This document shows, one piece after another, positions 1 through 13,312 of a DNA stretch of 64,000 nt. The notes below the pieces were generated by a model. It saw only the letters and a list, made by a program, of their open reading frames with translations. It did not search any database and was not told the DNA's origin. The translations under genes and the position numbers were made by a program. Each line of letters starts with the position of its first letter. Position 1 is the stretch's first letter. Source of the stretch: the human T2T-CHM13v2.0 reference genome, Homo sapiens; the NCBI RefSeq assembly GCF_009914755.1, contig NC_060925.1. One strand, written 5' to 3'.

Positions 1-215
1 GTCTAATTTATGCATTTTATGGGAGTTCAAGAAAAGAAAGAGAAAGAGAAAGGGACAGAAAGTGTATTAAAAGAAATAATGGCTGGAAAATTTTCAAACA
101 CGGGGAAGTACATAGAAATACCTATACAGTAAGCCTAAAGGATACCACATATTTGGTGTTCTTTAATTTCTCATATTAGAAATCCAAAAAGATCCACACC
201 AAGGCACATTATTAT
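1..215 (+). mobile_element. Old L1M ORF1-region fragment
   Basis: aaagaaataatggctggaaaattttcaaac...aagatccacaccaaggcacattat resembles the decayed L1 ORF1 region; it switches abruptly to late ORF2 sequence at ~216. Confidence 0.6.
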
Positions 216-749
216 AATAGTGTTAACATGTCCATACTACCCAATGTGATATACAGATTTAATACAATTTCTATCAAAATCCCAATGGTATTTTTCACAG
301 AAATAGAAAAAACCTAAAATGTATATGTAACAACAAAATGTCTTTAATTGCCAATAAATCATAAGAAAGAAAGACAAAGTTGGAGACATCACACTTCCTG
401 AGTTTAATCTATATTACAATGCTCTCACAATCACAAAAGTGTAGTACAGGCACAAAACCAGACACAAAGACCAATGGAACACAACAGAGATATCAGAGAA
501 AATAAACCCAAGCATACGAAGTCAATTAAGTTTTAACAGGGGAACCAAGAATACATAATTGGGAAAAAATGTTTTTTTTCCAATAAAGGGAATTGATAAA
601 ATGAATATCTATATGCAAAAGAATGAAATTGGGCCCTTATCTTACAGTATTGTAAAACAACCAAATAGATTAAAGATCTAAACACAAGATGCAAAATTAT
701 AAATCTCTTAGAAGGAAAACTTTTTGGAATTGACCTCGACAATGATTTT

Positions 750-770
750 TATATATATATATATATATAT
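750..770. repeat. (TA)n microsatellite
   Basis: Direct TA dinucleotide run. Confidence 0.95.
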
Positions 771-1458
771 CTCACACTAAAGCCTCAAGCAACAACAACA
801 ACAAATAAGCAATTGGGACTGTATCATACTGAATTGCTTCTGTACAGCAAAAGCAACAATCAACAAAACATAAAGGCAAGCTACATGTTAAGAAAAAATA
901 TTTGCAAAGCATATATCTGATAAGGGATTAATATTCAAAATATGTAAGGAAGTCACAAATCTCAATACTAAGCAAATAAATAAATAGACAACCCAATTAA
1001 AAATGAGGAAAGGTTCTAAACAGACCTTATTTCAAAGAAGATGTAAAACTGGCCAACAAGTAAGTGAAAAGGTGCTCAACATCACTAATCATCACAGGAA
1101 TGTAAATCAAAATCACAATGAAATATTATCTCACACTGCTATAAGGGCCACTATCAAAAAGATGAAAGGTAATAAGTGTTGGTGAGAGTGTGAAGAAAAT
1201 GGAACCCTTCTATGATGTTGATGGGAATGTAAAATGTTAGAATCATTAGGGAAAATAGTATTGTTTCCTCAAAAATTAAAAATAGAACTACTGTATGATC
1301 CAACCATCCATCCTCTGGGTAAGTACCTAAAGGAAATGAAATCACCACTGGTAAAGATACTGCATTCTCATATTCATTGCAGCATTATTCACAACAGCCA
1401 AGAAATAAAAACAACCTAAGTATCTATAGATGAATGACTGGAATAAGAAATTGTGTTG

Positions 1459-1459
<1 letters not shown>

Positions 1460-1496
<37 letters not shown>

Positions 1497-1548
1497 AATA
1501 TACAAAATATATGTATATATAATATATAAAAAAATATGTGTATATATG
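1460..1548. repeat. (TA)n / AT-rich microsatellite in L1 3' region
   Basis: Perfect TA run 1460-1493 followed by degenerate TA-rich sequence. Confidence 0.9.
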
Positions 1549-3229
1549 TTACATGCAATGGAATATTTTTCAGCCTTCAAATAAAAGGAACTCCTGCCAC
1601 GTGTGACAAGCTGAATAAACCTAGAAGACATTATACTAAGTGAAATAAGCCAGACACAGAAAATAGAATAGCTGTGATTTCACTTATAACATGCAATCTA
1701 AAAAAGCTGGAAACATAGAAACTGAGATTAGAATGGTGTTTACCAGGGGCAGGGGGTGAGGACACTGAGGGTGGAGGTGAAAATGAGGAAATGTAGGTAA
1801 TAGTTTACAAAGTTGCAATTATGTAGAATAAATAAATGTAGAGGTGGAAAGCACTGCATGATGATTTTCGTTAATAATATTATATGTTTTATTGGAAATC
1901 TACTGAGAATAGGTTTCAAGTGCTCCCATCACACAGACAAAAAAGGCAATTAATTATGTGAGGAGATGGATGGGATTATTTATTTGACTCTAGCAGTCAT
2001 TTCACTATATACATGCATATTAAAACATCATGTTATACATCTTTTATATATAATTTTTAAAAAGTCAATTTTGCCTGTGTCTAAAAGCAGAGTTTTATCT
2101 TTCACATTTTATTGACACCAAGTTATAAAATAGTGATAGTAAAAATTTTTGCCATTTTCATTGCTTTCTAAGTATTTAATGTATAGGCTAAATGATGTGA
2201 ATAATTTGACATTACACTGTGATGAATCCTCTTAAGGTATGTTCCATTTTTTAATTAGTAGCATACTTTAGAGGTGATTACTTTATCTTGAGTAACTGTA
2301 GCAAACACTTCAATCTCATTAAACATTGCTATGCTTTAGCACAGTTTAATTTTCAGTTATACCAACGCACAAATTTAAATGAGCACAAATAATTTTAATG
2401 AAACTAGTTCCAGCTAGATTCTTAAAGATAAAAGAATTTGGCAATTAATTATGGCTAAAAAATTTTTCCTTAGATCACCCAGCTTTTGTGTATCTGATTC
2501 TCCAAAATCTATAACTGTTATAACTAAATGAGAATCCACACTAGTTAGTGACTATTTGGGATAATTTACATTCATTTTAATATATTAAGACTTCAAAACT
2601 AACATCTAATTTTCAGAAAGAAGCCTTATAATGTGAATGTAACATTATTGCAGCAGGCTGAATTAATTAGCTCCTGCTATATTTCCCTAGAGCTTTTTCT
2701 TTTACACCTTTCTGAAGAAAGTTATGCTTTTTTGATTTTCAGTTCCATAGGGATCAGAATAATTCCCAAACACTTTCTTCTCTTTTTTACAATGAACAAA
2801 TTATCAATAGGTGTTGAATTGTGAGTTGAATAAATTATAAAAAATGATATGCACACAGAGACTATTTAAAGACTTTTTAGATTTTGCTTTTTTATTTTTT
2901 AAAAAGAAGGCCATAGACAGTTTTCTTAATATTAAAAAATTAAAAAATACTGAAAACTTTGTTATTCAATTTTTAAATCTTAATTTTTTCATTAAGTTAT
3001 TTGTGATCTAAAGTATCTTCTTGATAAAAAGAGAAAGCACTCTTTGTTGTCTTTTAGGATAGGTTATTAAGTAAAATCATATATGTCAAACAGTTGGCTT
3101 TATTAAATCAAGCCTTCAATGCCTTTTAACCCAAAACATTCAGTCCGCAAATGTAATACATTTTTTGTCTTTTGCAGCAGAATTGAACAATTGTGCACAT
3201 ATAATCTTGACCAGAACTGGTGAAAGGGG

Positions 3230-3426
3230 TCACTACCGCCACTAGCTTCCTTATTTGAAAGATGACATCTGACATCTCTGGGCCTCAATGTCCTTCCTTG
3301 CAAAATAGGCATAACAGTAGCACTTGTCTTATTAGAATATTGTAAGCAATAAATGTTTAAAATGTGTAAGTCTTTTGTAAAAGTGTATCAAGTGTAAATG
3401 CTTGAAAAATACTAGCTATTATTATT
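3230..3426 (+). mobile_element. MIR SINE
   Basis: ctctgggcctcaatgtccttccttgcaaaataggcataacagtagc...tagctattattatt matches the MIR core and 3' end. Confidence 0.7.
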
Positions 3427-3546
3427 TGGGGGAGGAGTACACTTGTATAATGGCTGACATTCAGACATTAAGTAATGTGATATCTGTAGAATGTAGACTG
3501 TATTTTGATTAGTTTGTGCTCAAATCAAATGTAATTTTTAAATTGT

Positions 3547-3609
3547 TTTAAAATTATACTTTTTAAGTTCTGAGATACATGTGCAGAACATGCAGGTCTG
3601 TTACAGAGG
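3547..3609 (-). mobile_element. Very short L1PA 3'-end fragment
   Basis: attatactttttaagttctgagatacatgtgcagaacatgcaggtctgttac is the reverse complement of the L1PA terminus. Confidence 0.85.
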
Positions 3610-3669
3610 ATTTTACTCTAATATTTACATCTTAAATAGCTTTAACTATACTGAAATAGTCTCTTAATT

Positions 3670-3790
3670 ATTCCTCTGAATGTGAACTCAAAAAAAGCAG
3701 AGATTGGATCTTTTCTATTGTTACACTCCAATGCTTACATACTATATAACATGTAACAAATATTCAATTCATATTTTATAATAAATAATT
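3670..3790 (+). mobile_element. L2 3'-end remnant
   Basis: gaatgtgaactc...gcagagattggatcttttctattgttacactccaatgc resembles the L2 3' terminus. Confidence 0.45.
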
Positions 3791-5384
3791 ATACAAGTAT
3801 ATGTTTCTTAATTTTTAACCTAAAAAGATAGGGATTTATTCTGTGGTTGGTCATTAAATACAGTAAAAAAATTTAATTAAAATAATTAATTATAGAACAT
3901 TTTAATATATTTTTTCATTGCACACAGATCACATAAAATGCTAAAATGAGATGTGATTCAGGAACAAATAGCTAATTAGTAAAACATTTCCATAAAAACC
4001 TGATTCTGCTTTTTTAACTATACTAATCTTGATGAGGGGAAATTTTGTTATATAGATCAAATTCATTATTGCTATTCTTCAAAAGTTATCTCTATTATCT
4101 TAAGATCATCTCAACAGAAAGGGTTGAAATTAAATAGAGACAAGCCTATAGGATAATAATTTTCAAATATGTTACAATTATTTATAGTAATCACAGTTAT
4201 GCCATGAAATCAAGTAATGTTAGTATAGTAAAATTTATCTTAAACAATTATATGCTTTGCAGAGTCTAAAATATCTATCCAATTAGGGCTAACATTTGTT
4301 CTTTTGTGAATAAATATGCTGAAAATTATACTTTCAGTCAAACAAACATTGTGATGCTCTATTCCAATTAGTAGTTCAAGCTAAAGTTTAAATTAAATAA
4401 TTGCATGATTTGATCAAAAGGACATTTCAAAAATTTCCCTCATTAAATATATTAATATGATAAATTTATTTGATTAGCATAGGGATGTATTTAATATTAT
4501 ATTTGTAAATTAAATAGAATCATAGCATGACTCATCTTTTGCGCGCTAATTGAATCTGCTAGAAACTAGCTGATAACATAGGAAAAAGCCATCTTAAAAA
4601 TTTATTTATTCCTCAATGTTGTTGATAAGTCTAATACATGGCATACGTTCATTAATTCTTCATTATATTTCTATGACTATACTCATTGCTTAGTGGAAAA
4701 AAAATTCTTCAGGCAAAACATTGCCGACCAAAGAAATTAAACTTCATAAAAATAATCAACGTCATAAATTACATTTTAATTAAAAACTCAGCCATAAGCT
4801 AACACGAATATTTTATGTCATTTTAATGTAAAAAAAAAAACATAGAAAATGTTCCCAATGAGGGAACATTCATTAAAAATAAAAATAAGACAAAAACTAT
4901 ACACATAAAAATTAATACACTTAATAAATGTTCATACATAAGAGGCATACCTTGCTGTGACCTGCTTCTCACCTATATTGGTGTAAAATATACTTCAATA
5001 GCTATTTTTAGATCACCGTGTTCCTTTTCTAATATATTCTCTAGAAAAACAATGGACTTGTCTTTCCAAAACAAAAATCCAAAGAATATCACTGCTTTGC
5101 TCACAGTCTCTGGATAGCTCATCATTGTCATCCTACAATTCTCTGCTCCAGAGTGGTAAGAATATCTTCATTCTCTTGATATTCTGCAGTCCTTTCATGA
5201 TTGTTTTGTGTTTTGGCTACATCTCCTGTCTATTCTTGTTCTCTGATTTGGACCAAAACTTCATTGCCTTTCTCTTAACCAGAAGAGCTACATGAAAAGC
5301 CTAAGAGGCTTGTCTATCAAACTACTGTCATCTCTATGCTCAATTTGTGTCCTGCATATATTACACCATATTTTACTTGTGTGT

Positions 5385-5490
5385 TTATGTGTCTGTCTTA
5401 ATGGATCATGAATCTCTCAAGATCAGGGCAAAACCCTTATTCATATTTAAATCGGCCAACGTTAGCACAATCCGGAACACATATAAATTA
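5385..5490 (+). mobile_element. L2 3'-end remnant
   Basis: tgtctgtcttaatggatcatgaatctctcaagatcagggc...ttagcacaatccggaacacata resembles the L2 3' terminus. Confidence 0.45.
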
Positions 5491-5767
5491 TATTTTCTCC
5501 ATTTTCTATTTGTACAAAATTGGGACGATTTCTAATCTTTTCTGAGGCTCTTCTTTAGGTAAAATATGAGCCTAACTTTATTTTCTTTCACAAAATGACT
5601 TGTTTTTTTAAAAATTAAACTTCATATGCAAAATAACCACTTTTCTTTCTGGAAACATGTAATAACTATTGAATAAACATTAGTTATATTATTTTACTTA
5701 ACTTTCATTAAGTATTAATAATAAGAATTATACTAATGTCAGAGAATAAGGAATTATAAGAATATGA

Positions 5768-6118
<351 letters not shown>

Positions 6119-6459
6119 TGAAAAATACAAATCCAGACTGAGTAGATTCTGCATTAATTAAAATGGAGAACAGAGGAAACATTCTAGAAGTTTTAAGGAC
6201 AGAATTTCCGTATGTAACACATGCTCCTATTCAGAGCTTTATGCTTGCTATTTCTTGTGATGGACATGTTGTCCTAAGATATCTGTGTGGCTTATTGCCT
6301 CACTTTATTCAGGTTTGGGTATACATACACACCACCACGCATAAACACATCAAAATCTAAAAGTCACAATATAAAGAATAAGAAATATTCAAACATATGA
6401 TACATATCCATATGATAATATGATGACCAAGACCACTCCAAAACTGATAAAAGGTATCT

Positions 6460-8800
6460 TTTGTTTACAAAAAGCTCAGAAAACTAAGATAAACATTAAG
6501 AAATCTACACTAAAACAGATAGAAATTAAATTGTAAAAAATAAAATAAAAATATCTTAAAATCATACAGAAAGAAAAATTAATAATTATCTTTAAAGATT
6601 AACTATACAACAGCAGCTCTCTAAACCAAATAAATATTATCAATTTGATATTTTTCTGGCATGTTTAATGTGTTGAAATTAATAACAAAACATACCAGTG
6701 TAGAATTCTGTACCCAGTGAAAATACTCTGCAGAAATAAACATAGAAATGAATTTAGGGATATAGAAATTGAAAAAAAAAAAGTGTGTCTCGTAGAGTGA
6801 CATTAAAAAATAAAAGTAAGTTTTTTAGGCTGAAAAAATATTCTAAACAAAAATATGAAGATGTATAAGGGAATAACAAGCGCTGAAAACAGTATGTGTG
6901 CATTTATAAATACATGCACACAAATTTGTGCATTTTAAAGCATATATGTAATTAAAAGCATTGCAGTAAAATATAAATGGCAGGAAAGACAGGCACAGAG
7001 TTCTTAAAATTATAAGTCTCCAACCATCCGGTATAAATGATGCAGGACAATTGAACTACCAAATTGAGGCTTAGCCCAGAAGGGTTCTTGGCTTTACCCA
7101 GGAAAGAATTCAAGGGTGAGTCAGTGGTTTTAGAGAGCAGTCTTTTATTGGACAGTACTTCCTCTTTTGGAGCAGCCCTAACTCATAGGCAATATGCCCA
7201 AAACTGACAATGCATAGGCTCTTGCCAGTTGTATTTATACTCCCTTATACCTACTTTCAATTACATGCAAAATCAGGGCTGGGTCAGTGAAAATTGAGGG
7301 ATGGGTTGTTTAGAACATTCTAAGAAAAGAGTGATAATTCATCCTGTCTGGACCAGATCGAGACCTTGTTTTGGTCAGCAGGGTTGTGACCAGAAAATGA
7401 GTCCTGTCAGTCTGCTATGTCACAAATAATACTATTTTTAATTATCCTGTTGTTAAGTGACAGATGTGCTTTTTTTCTAATCTGCCGTGTAACCATTAAA
7501 AATTGTAAAATATTTTACAACTAATATGTTAATGGAATAAAAATTAGAATACCAAATTTTTTTCTTAATTGAAAAGTAAGTAAAAATGAAGGCAGATATG
7601 TAAAAATATATTGGACAGTCATAAAATAAATATTGAAAGAATAAATACAAACACAAATATGCCAGTAACTAATTTAAATATCAATACACTGAATAATACA
7701 ATTAAAAATCTAAGATTGTCAAAACTACTTTTAAAAACCCTCAAATATTTCTTATGAGACACTTTAAATATACAACACAGAAGAATTTACTCTAAAATGA
7801 TTTTAAAAAACATGATTTTAAAATATTATCAAAAATTCTACCTAAGGAGTGTTTTAATATCAGACAAATTGTACTTTAAAGCAAGAAGCATTTCCAGAGG
7901 TAAATAGGAGTATTTTATAGTTAAAAGTGGGTCAATTTGATATGTAGATATTACAATCCTAATTGTACCTAGCATGGCTTCAAAATATATAAACAAAAAT
8001 TAACATCACAAAGAGAAGAAATATAAAAAGTTACTATCATTTTGGGGGTTTTAATAAAAGATTTTAATATAAAAGGTACAGGAAAAATGTCTACTGAGAT
8101 TGATAACATGGACAACAAAGTTAATAAACATAATCTAATTGGCATAAACAGTACATTGCACCAAACGATGAAAACTTACATGTTAAAGTGTAATGTAAGT
8201 ACGGAAATGTGTTGAATAAACGAGAGCCTCAGAAAATTTCAAAATTCTTAATTCATTTGGAATATGTTCTTTGACCACAATGGAAATAATACAGGAAAAA
8301 GTAACTTAAAAAGCCTTATTCCTAAATCAACTAGAGTACTTCCATATAATTCACTGATGAAGGAAGAAACCAAAATTATAGAGGTGTTTGAAACTGAAAA
8401 CTAATGACTGAACAGCACAGCAAAATTTGGTTAATGTGGCCAAATCAGTGCAGTCTTGAATTCATATACTAAAAAAGGTAAAAATATGTTATTTAATTTC
8501 AATCTTATTAAGTTTAAAAATAACTGTAAGAAACAAACAAGAAATGTAAAATAGAAAAAAATATTAAATATGAGAGCAAAGTCAATAGAATGAGAAAAAC
8601 ATCCTAAAATACAAAAAAAAAAACCCAACAGATTCAGCTTTGTGAAGAAATTAGTGGACCACCCTAGCAATAATTAGAAAAAAAAGGGAAAAAGCAAGTT
8701 GTCTACATTAGATAATGGAAAAGGAACATTGAAACAGAGTTAAAAATCTGTAAAGAATACTAAAAAGATGGCATAAATAAACTTACACAAATACTTGTGA
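6460..8800 (+). mobile_element. Old L1M (ORF1 end, inter-ORF, ORF2 endonuclease), interrupted by an LTR
   Basis: agaattctgtacccagtgaaaatact (ORF1-like); cagacaaattgtactttaaagcaagaagcatt and atgttctttgaccacaatggaa (EN-domain SDH motif region). Heavily decayed. Confidence 0.75.
7038..7422 (-). mobile_element. ERV1 (MER4-group) solo LTR
   Basis: TG...CA ends; ttagcccagaagggttcttggctttacccaggaaagaattcaagggtgag is the typical antisense U5 of MER4-group LTRs; minus-strand AATAAA (tttatt ~7144). Confidence 0.75.
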
Positions 8801-10490
8801 CAATATACTGGAATTCAAATTCAAGATTTGTCAATGTTTAAAAAATGAAAAATACACACTGATTAACTTTGATACTTGAGATACATTGGGGCATAGATTA
8901 AATACCATCAATAATAATTAATAGAATAATTCATTTTGGCCCTAGCTATATAATGTAGAAAAGAAATATGTGGATTAAAACATTTGAAGGATCACACACA
9001 CACAGATAACAGTATAAAGTTAATATAGTTTAATGATCTAGGGACAGCCAAACCACACTGGGAACATTACAAACTCGTTTTTTGAAAAACTGGCTCATGA
9101 ACTACAAAAAACCAAAAAGCCTGATAGTTAAAGAGGTAGATAAAGAGCAATGCAAGGCATGGGAATGGCATGTTTTGAAGTGTAAGAAAGTGCAAGTTAT
9201 TAACGTGTATCTTGGTAAAATTGATGAATGTCCACCAGCTTATATATATTTCCTATGAATTAACTCATGCTTATGTCACTTCTCAGAACGCCTTTTCCTG
9301 AACAATGTCATAAATCCAAGAAACATGAATGAGTTCTCCAACTGAAAAGCATCACATATCACACTAGGTGATAAGGATGGAGGTAGAAGCAGGGTCCAAA
9401 TCACTGAAGACCTAGCATACAAGAATTTTATTTAGGATAAGGTTCTGCTGACATAATCTAAACATGAGTCTAACATTATTATATTTGTAATTTAGAAGCA
9501 GCAATAAGGGATTCGTAAGAGTGACATTTTAGAAGAGGAAAATCCTGGAAGCAAAACCATTTGTGGGGCTCTTGCTTAATTTTATGAGCATAATGTTGAG
9601 AACTTGGTAAAGTTAAGAACACAGTGATGAAGATGAGTAGTTCCTCTGTTGCACTGACGTTTAGAAAATATAGAGGATAGACCCAATGATTATATATGTT
9701 AATAAGAGGATTTAAGAATAAAATATATTCTAGGTTTGTCCTTAGGAAACCACAACAACTATCACAGGATCTTAACATTTGCAAGATATTTTTCTACATG
9801 GGATAAGAGCATGGAAATACGTTTTTATATGTTCTTTGAAAAGAATTTCAGAATTCGTATTCAAATACTAATGAGGCTCTAAGTCTTCCTGAAGTAAAGC
9901 AATCAGCAAAAGATGTGCACTGCATATGACCACTCATTAATAAATATCTTTATCAAATATTCTTTCTAAATACTGCTAGAATTTGATGTTAACTCAGTAA
10001 AATGGAGATTCTATGATCCATAATTTACACCTAATTAGTGTTTAATCTTTTTTTCAGTCCTGTGATTTAATTATAAATGCTTAGTCCAGTGAAATAAATA
10101 TTGTTTTTTTGTCATTATTGTTCAGTTAAAATCAACAAGCTTCTTGATAGATATAGATTACCAATACAAGCTTATTATTTTATAATTACTCTAAAGTTAG
10201 TGGAGCAAACAGAAGCCACTAGGTCTTGACTAAGTGCAATGACAAAAGGTTTCCTAAAACTTATTTTTGATAATCTGCCCACTGGAAATCAAGGTTTATT
10301 CAGGTAACATAAATGTGTTTTTCATTTCCCATGAGAAATATAAGCTTATTGAATAAAATGTTATAGTATTAATACATATACTTAATAAAATTTGAAGTAT
10401 TTTAACTAAATTTGTCTCTGGTTATCCAAAGCCTTTTTGTGTTTGAGAGTACTTGTCAAAATTAAATATTTAAAATGCTAAATTCTTCCA

Positions 10491-10535
10491 ATCTACTGCC
10501 ATATCACCCTGAACTCACCCAATCTCATCTGATCT
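10491..10535 (+). pseudogene. 3'-truncated 5S rRNA pseudogene (first ~45 nt)
   Basis: atctactgccatatcaccctgaactcacccaatctcatctgatct is colinear with 5S rRNA gtctacggccataccaccctgaacgcgcccgatctcgtctgatct; mismatches fall mostly at CpGs. Confidence 0.85.
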
Positions 10536-13312
10536 AGTGTTTAATTTATATTTATTATTTTAATTCAGATTAAAATGTCATGAGATTCAGAATATTGATG
10601 TGATCTATTAACATTTTTACATTATTTCTTCTCAACAATATAGCGTGTATAAAATCATGTGAAATTGTCAAATATTAAATACATATATTTTACATATTTA
10701 CCTACAAAAAGCATTCTCTTGTGGAGTTGAAAAATTAAAGATATTCAGATTAAAATTGGTATAACTGACTATTCAATTGACAGTTTAATTCAAATAATGG
10801 CAATCTTTAAAAGAAAATTGAATCAAGTGAAACATAGTATTTAAACCAGATATTGAATTTTTTCAATTAAGCTAGAATATAGTCATGTCAGAAATAATAG
10901 TAACAAATGGACAATAAGCAAAATATTTACTAACTGGATAACACACAACTAGGAGCATGTACACATATTTGTACACAGGAGCACACAACACGTACACATC
11001 AAATGCCACTTATGAACACTGATTCATACAGCTTTTTCCCAACTTTATAGCCTAAGCTTCTGTGAACCCAAACTGCTTGTTCATAAATTTGTTTTGATGT
11101 TTAAAGTAGCAGTTTAATTCAGTGTATTTATTGTAAACTGGGGATATTCTCCAAGCATCATAGACAATGCAGGATGGTTGGCCAATTTGATTCACTGGTA
11201 ATTCTAGTGTTCATTATCTACCACTTTCCTCAGAGCAGGTGGCATCTTCAAACTACATAAAATCAACAATTGTAAAAGGAGTCGGGATATGTGGAATTGA
11301 GCACGTCTGGCTTATCAATTCATTTGGCATTCTCTCTTCATTTACCTATAAAAATAAATACGACATTTCTTAGTACAGAAAACACATCTGAAAAATGAAT
11401 TCTTTAGTTTAGTTGCATGTCAGCTAACTAAAAAAAATAGAAAATTAATTGTTTAGATGGTAAATTTATTGAGCATACGAGATTAATAGAGCCTGAGAAC
11501 AGTAGAGATCTCCCTGAGAGATTCACAGAAGCTACAGCCTAAATCACAATTTGGAGCCAGGTATTTGGTTTGTATGTATTAGATATGTGACATATTTTTA
11601 TATATAAAAATTTGAATGCCAGTGTTGTAGTATTAATACTTCTGCCAAGTTTTGGTGATTAAATTAGAAAGCAGTTCTTTGGACAACTAAAACAATAAAC
11701 TTAATTGACAATGCTTAATTAAAGCTTATTTTTTAATATCAAGAAGTCTATATGTAGGTGACTGCTTACAGTGTTTTAGTAAATCAACGATATCTCTGCA
11801 AATGACTTCAGTTTGTATTACTCGTGTTTGTAAAATGTTTGTTAAAATTTCGAGCCTCGTAAAATTTAAGTTGGGAGTGAAATGTATTTAGTTTTGCCAC
11901 TATATCAATTTATTTGACTGGTACAGCAAAAGTTTTCCAAGATAACCCTCGTCTTTCTAGAAGACTTCCTTTTACATGTCATTGGTTAAAAATGATTGCA
12001 GATTTTATAGTTACTTTTAGCAACAAGTAACAAAAAGAAAAAAACATCAGAATCTTAATTGGCATAGGTCAATCATGATGTGATCACTATTATGAGCCTG
12101 GTGTTGACCAAACATATCCACATTCCTTCAGCAAAAAAATTAGGAAAATGGGGCTAACACTTTTGTTCAGCAGTGATCTATTGCAGAATAAAATTCAATG
12201 CTAGGAAATATATATCCTGAACATCTATATAATAAACAGTATATTTTTAATAAGATACATTTGGGGATTGTTTTTAGTTGGGCATACAAAGGAAAAAAGT
12301 CTGAATAAAATGTAATAGGTTTCCACTATTTCTCATAATGTAAAAATCCATAGTCATTCTTCATTTTACACAATAAATAATAGAAAATTCACTTTTGGAA
12401 AATTTTACTGAAGACTAATCGAGTGAAATTTTGAATATGAGGACTTTGTGAGTGACTTTTTAAATCAACCACAGAGAAGTTACTTCTGTTGACTTTTTCA
12501 TTGAAATTTTCTTCATGATTCTAGAAATAGATATCATTAGGAAAGGTTTAGGAGTAGCATGCCTTAGTTAATATCACTCTACTTTTTTATGAGATTTGCC
12601 ACTATTTACTTAAATCTATGGACTGTATAGATAAATTAACACAGACAGGAATTAGAAATGAAAATAGCCTCTCTATTTCTAAATATATGACCATAGGGCA
12701 TAATCTCAATTAAGAAACCAAGCTATAATGCTTAAACTAATATAATTCTTCAATCATATAAAACAAGTTGAATGAAATAATTGTGTGTCAATCTCTGGTA
12801 TATATGTAGTAGAACATCACATAAAAGCTTCATTATTCATTAGGCACAGATGCATTAATACAGATACACCAAGACCATAGAACTAGCAATAATCACTTAG
12901 CAAACAGGTTAAGAAATAGTCAACTGAGGCTAACTCAGTTCTATGCATGCCAGTTTACAACAAGCATTCTTAGCTATGAACTGCCCTTAACTGATTTTCT
13001 GTTGGGTTTACTTTTCTTTTTTTCTTTACATCTTGGCACTTCAGGTCATCTTTCTCATCTAGAGTTATTGTGGTTCATTGAACCACTATGAAGAAGTATT
13101 TCCACCACCCAATGCCATTTTGATTCTCATTATAATGAATTTAATCTTCCAGATTGCTGTTAAGCTATTTTATTTGCAGGGCATATGGGGCTTTCATATT
13201 TTATTTCAAACCAGGAATTTTTCTTTCCTTTTTCTTCTATTCTAATTAATTTTTCTCTTTCTCTTACTCTATCTCCACTTACATTTTGTCTTTTTCCATT
13301 AAAAATAATTTA

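Larger units (their letters stand above)
216..2062 (+). mobile_element. L1MA/L1MB-type LINE-1, 3' end of ORF2 plus 3' UTR
   Basis: atgtccatactacccaatgtgatatacagatttaatac, gaccaatggaacacaacagag, gctcaacatcactaatcatc and ctgtatgatccaaccatcc are ORF2 C-terminal landmarks. The mammalian 3' UTR ends attaaaacatcatgttatacat. ORFs 1003-1419 are decayed ORF2 pieces. Confidence 0.9.

Noticed and set aside
200-240. L1 junction at the same ORF2 position (aata.tgttaa.atgtc) as the junction at ~28937
   Set aside because: Only two cases in AT-rich sequence; most simply coincidental truncation or insertion of one L1 into another.
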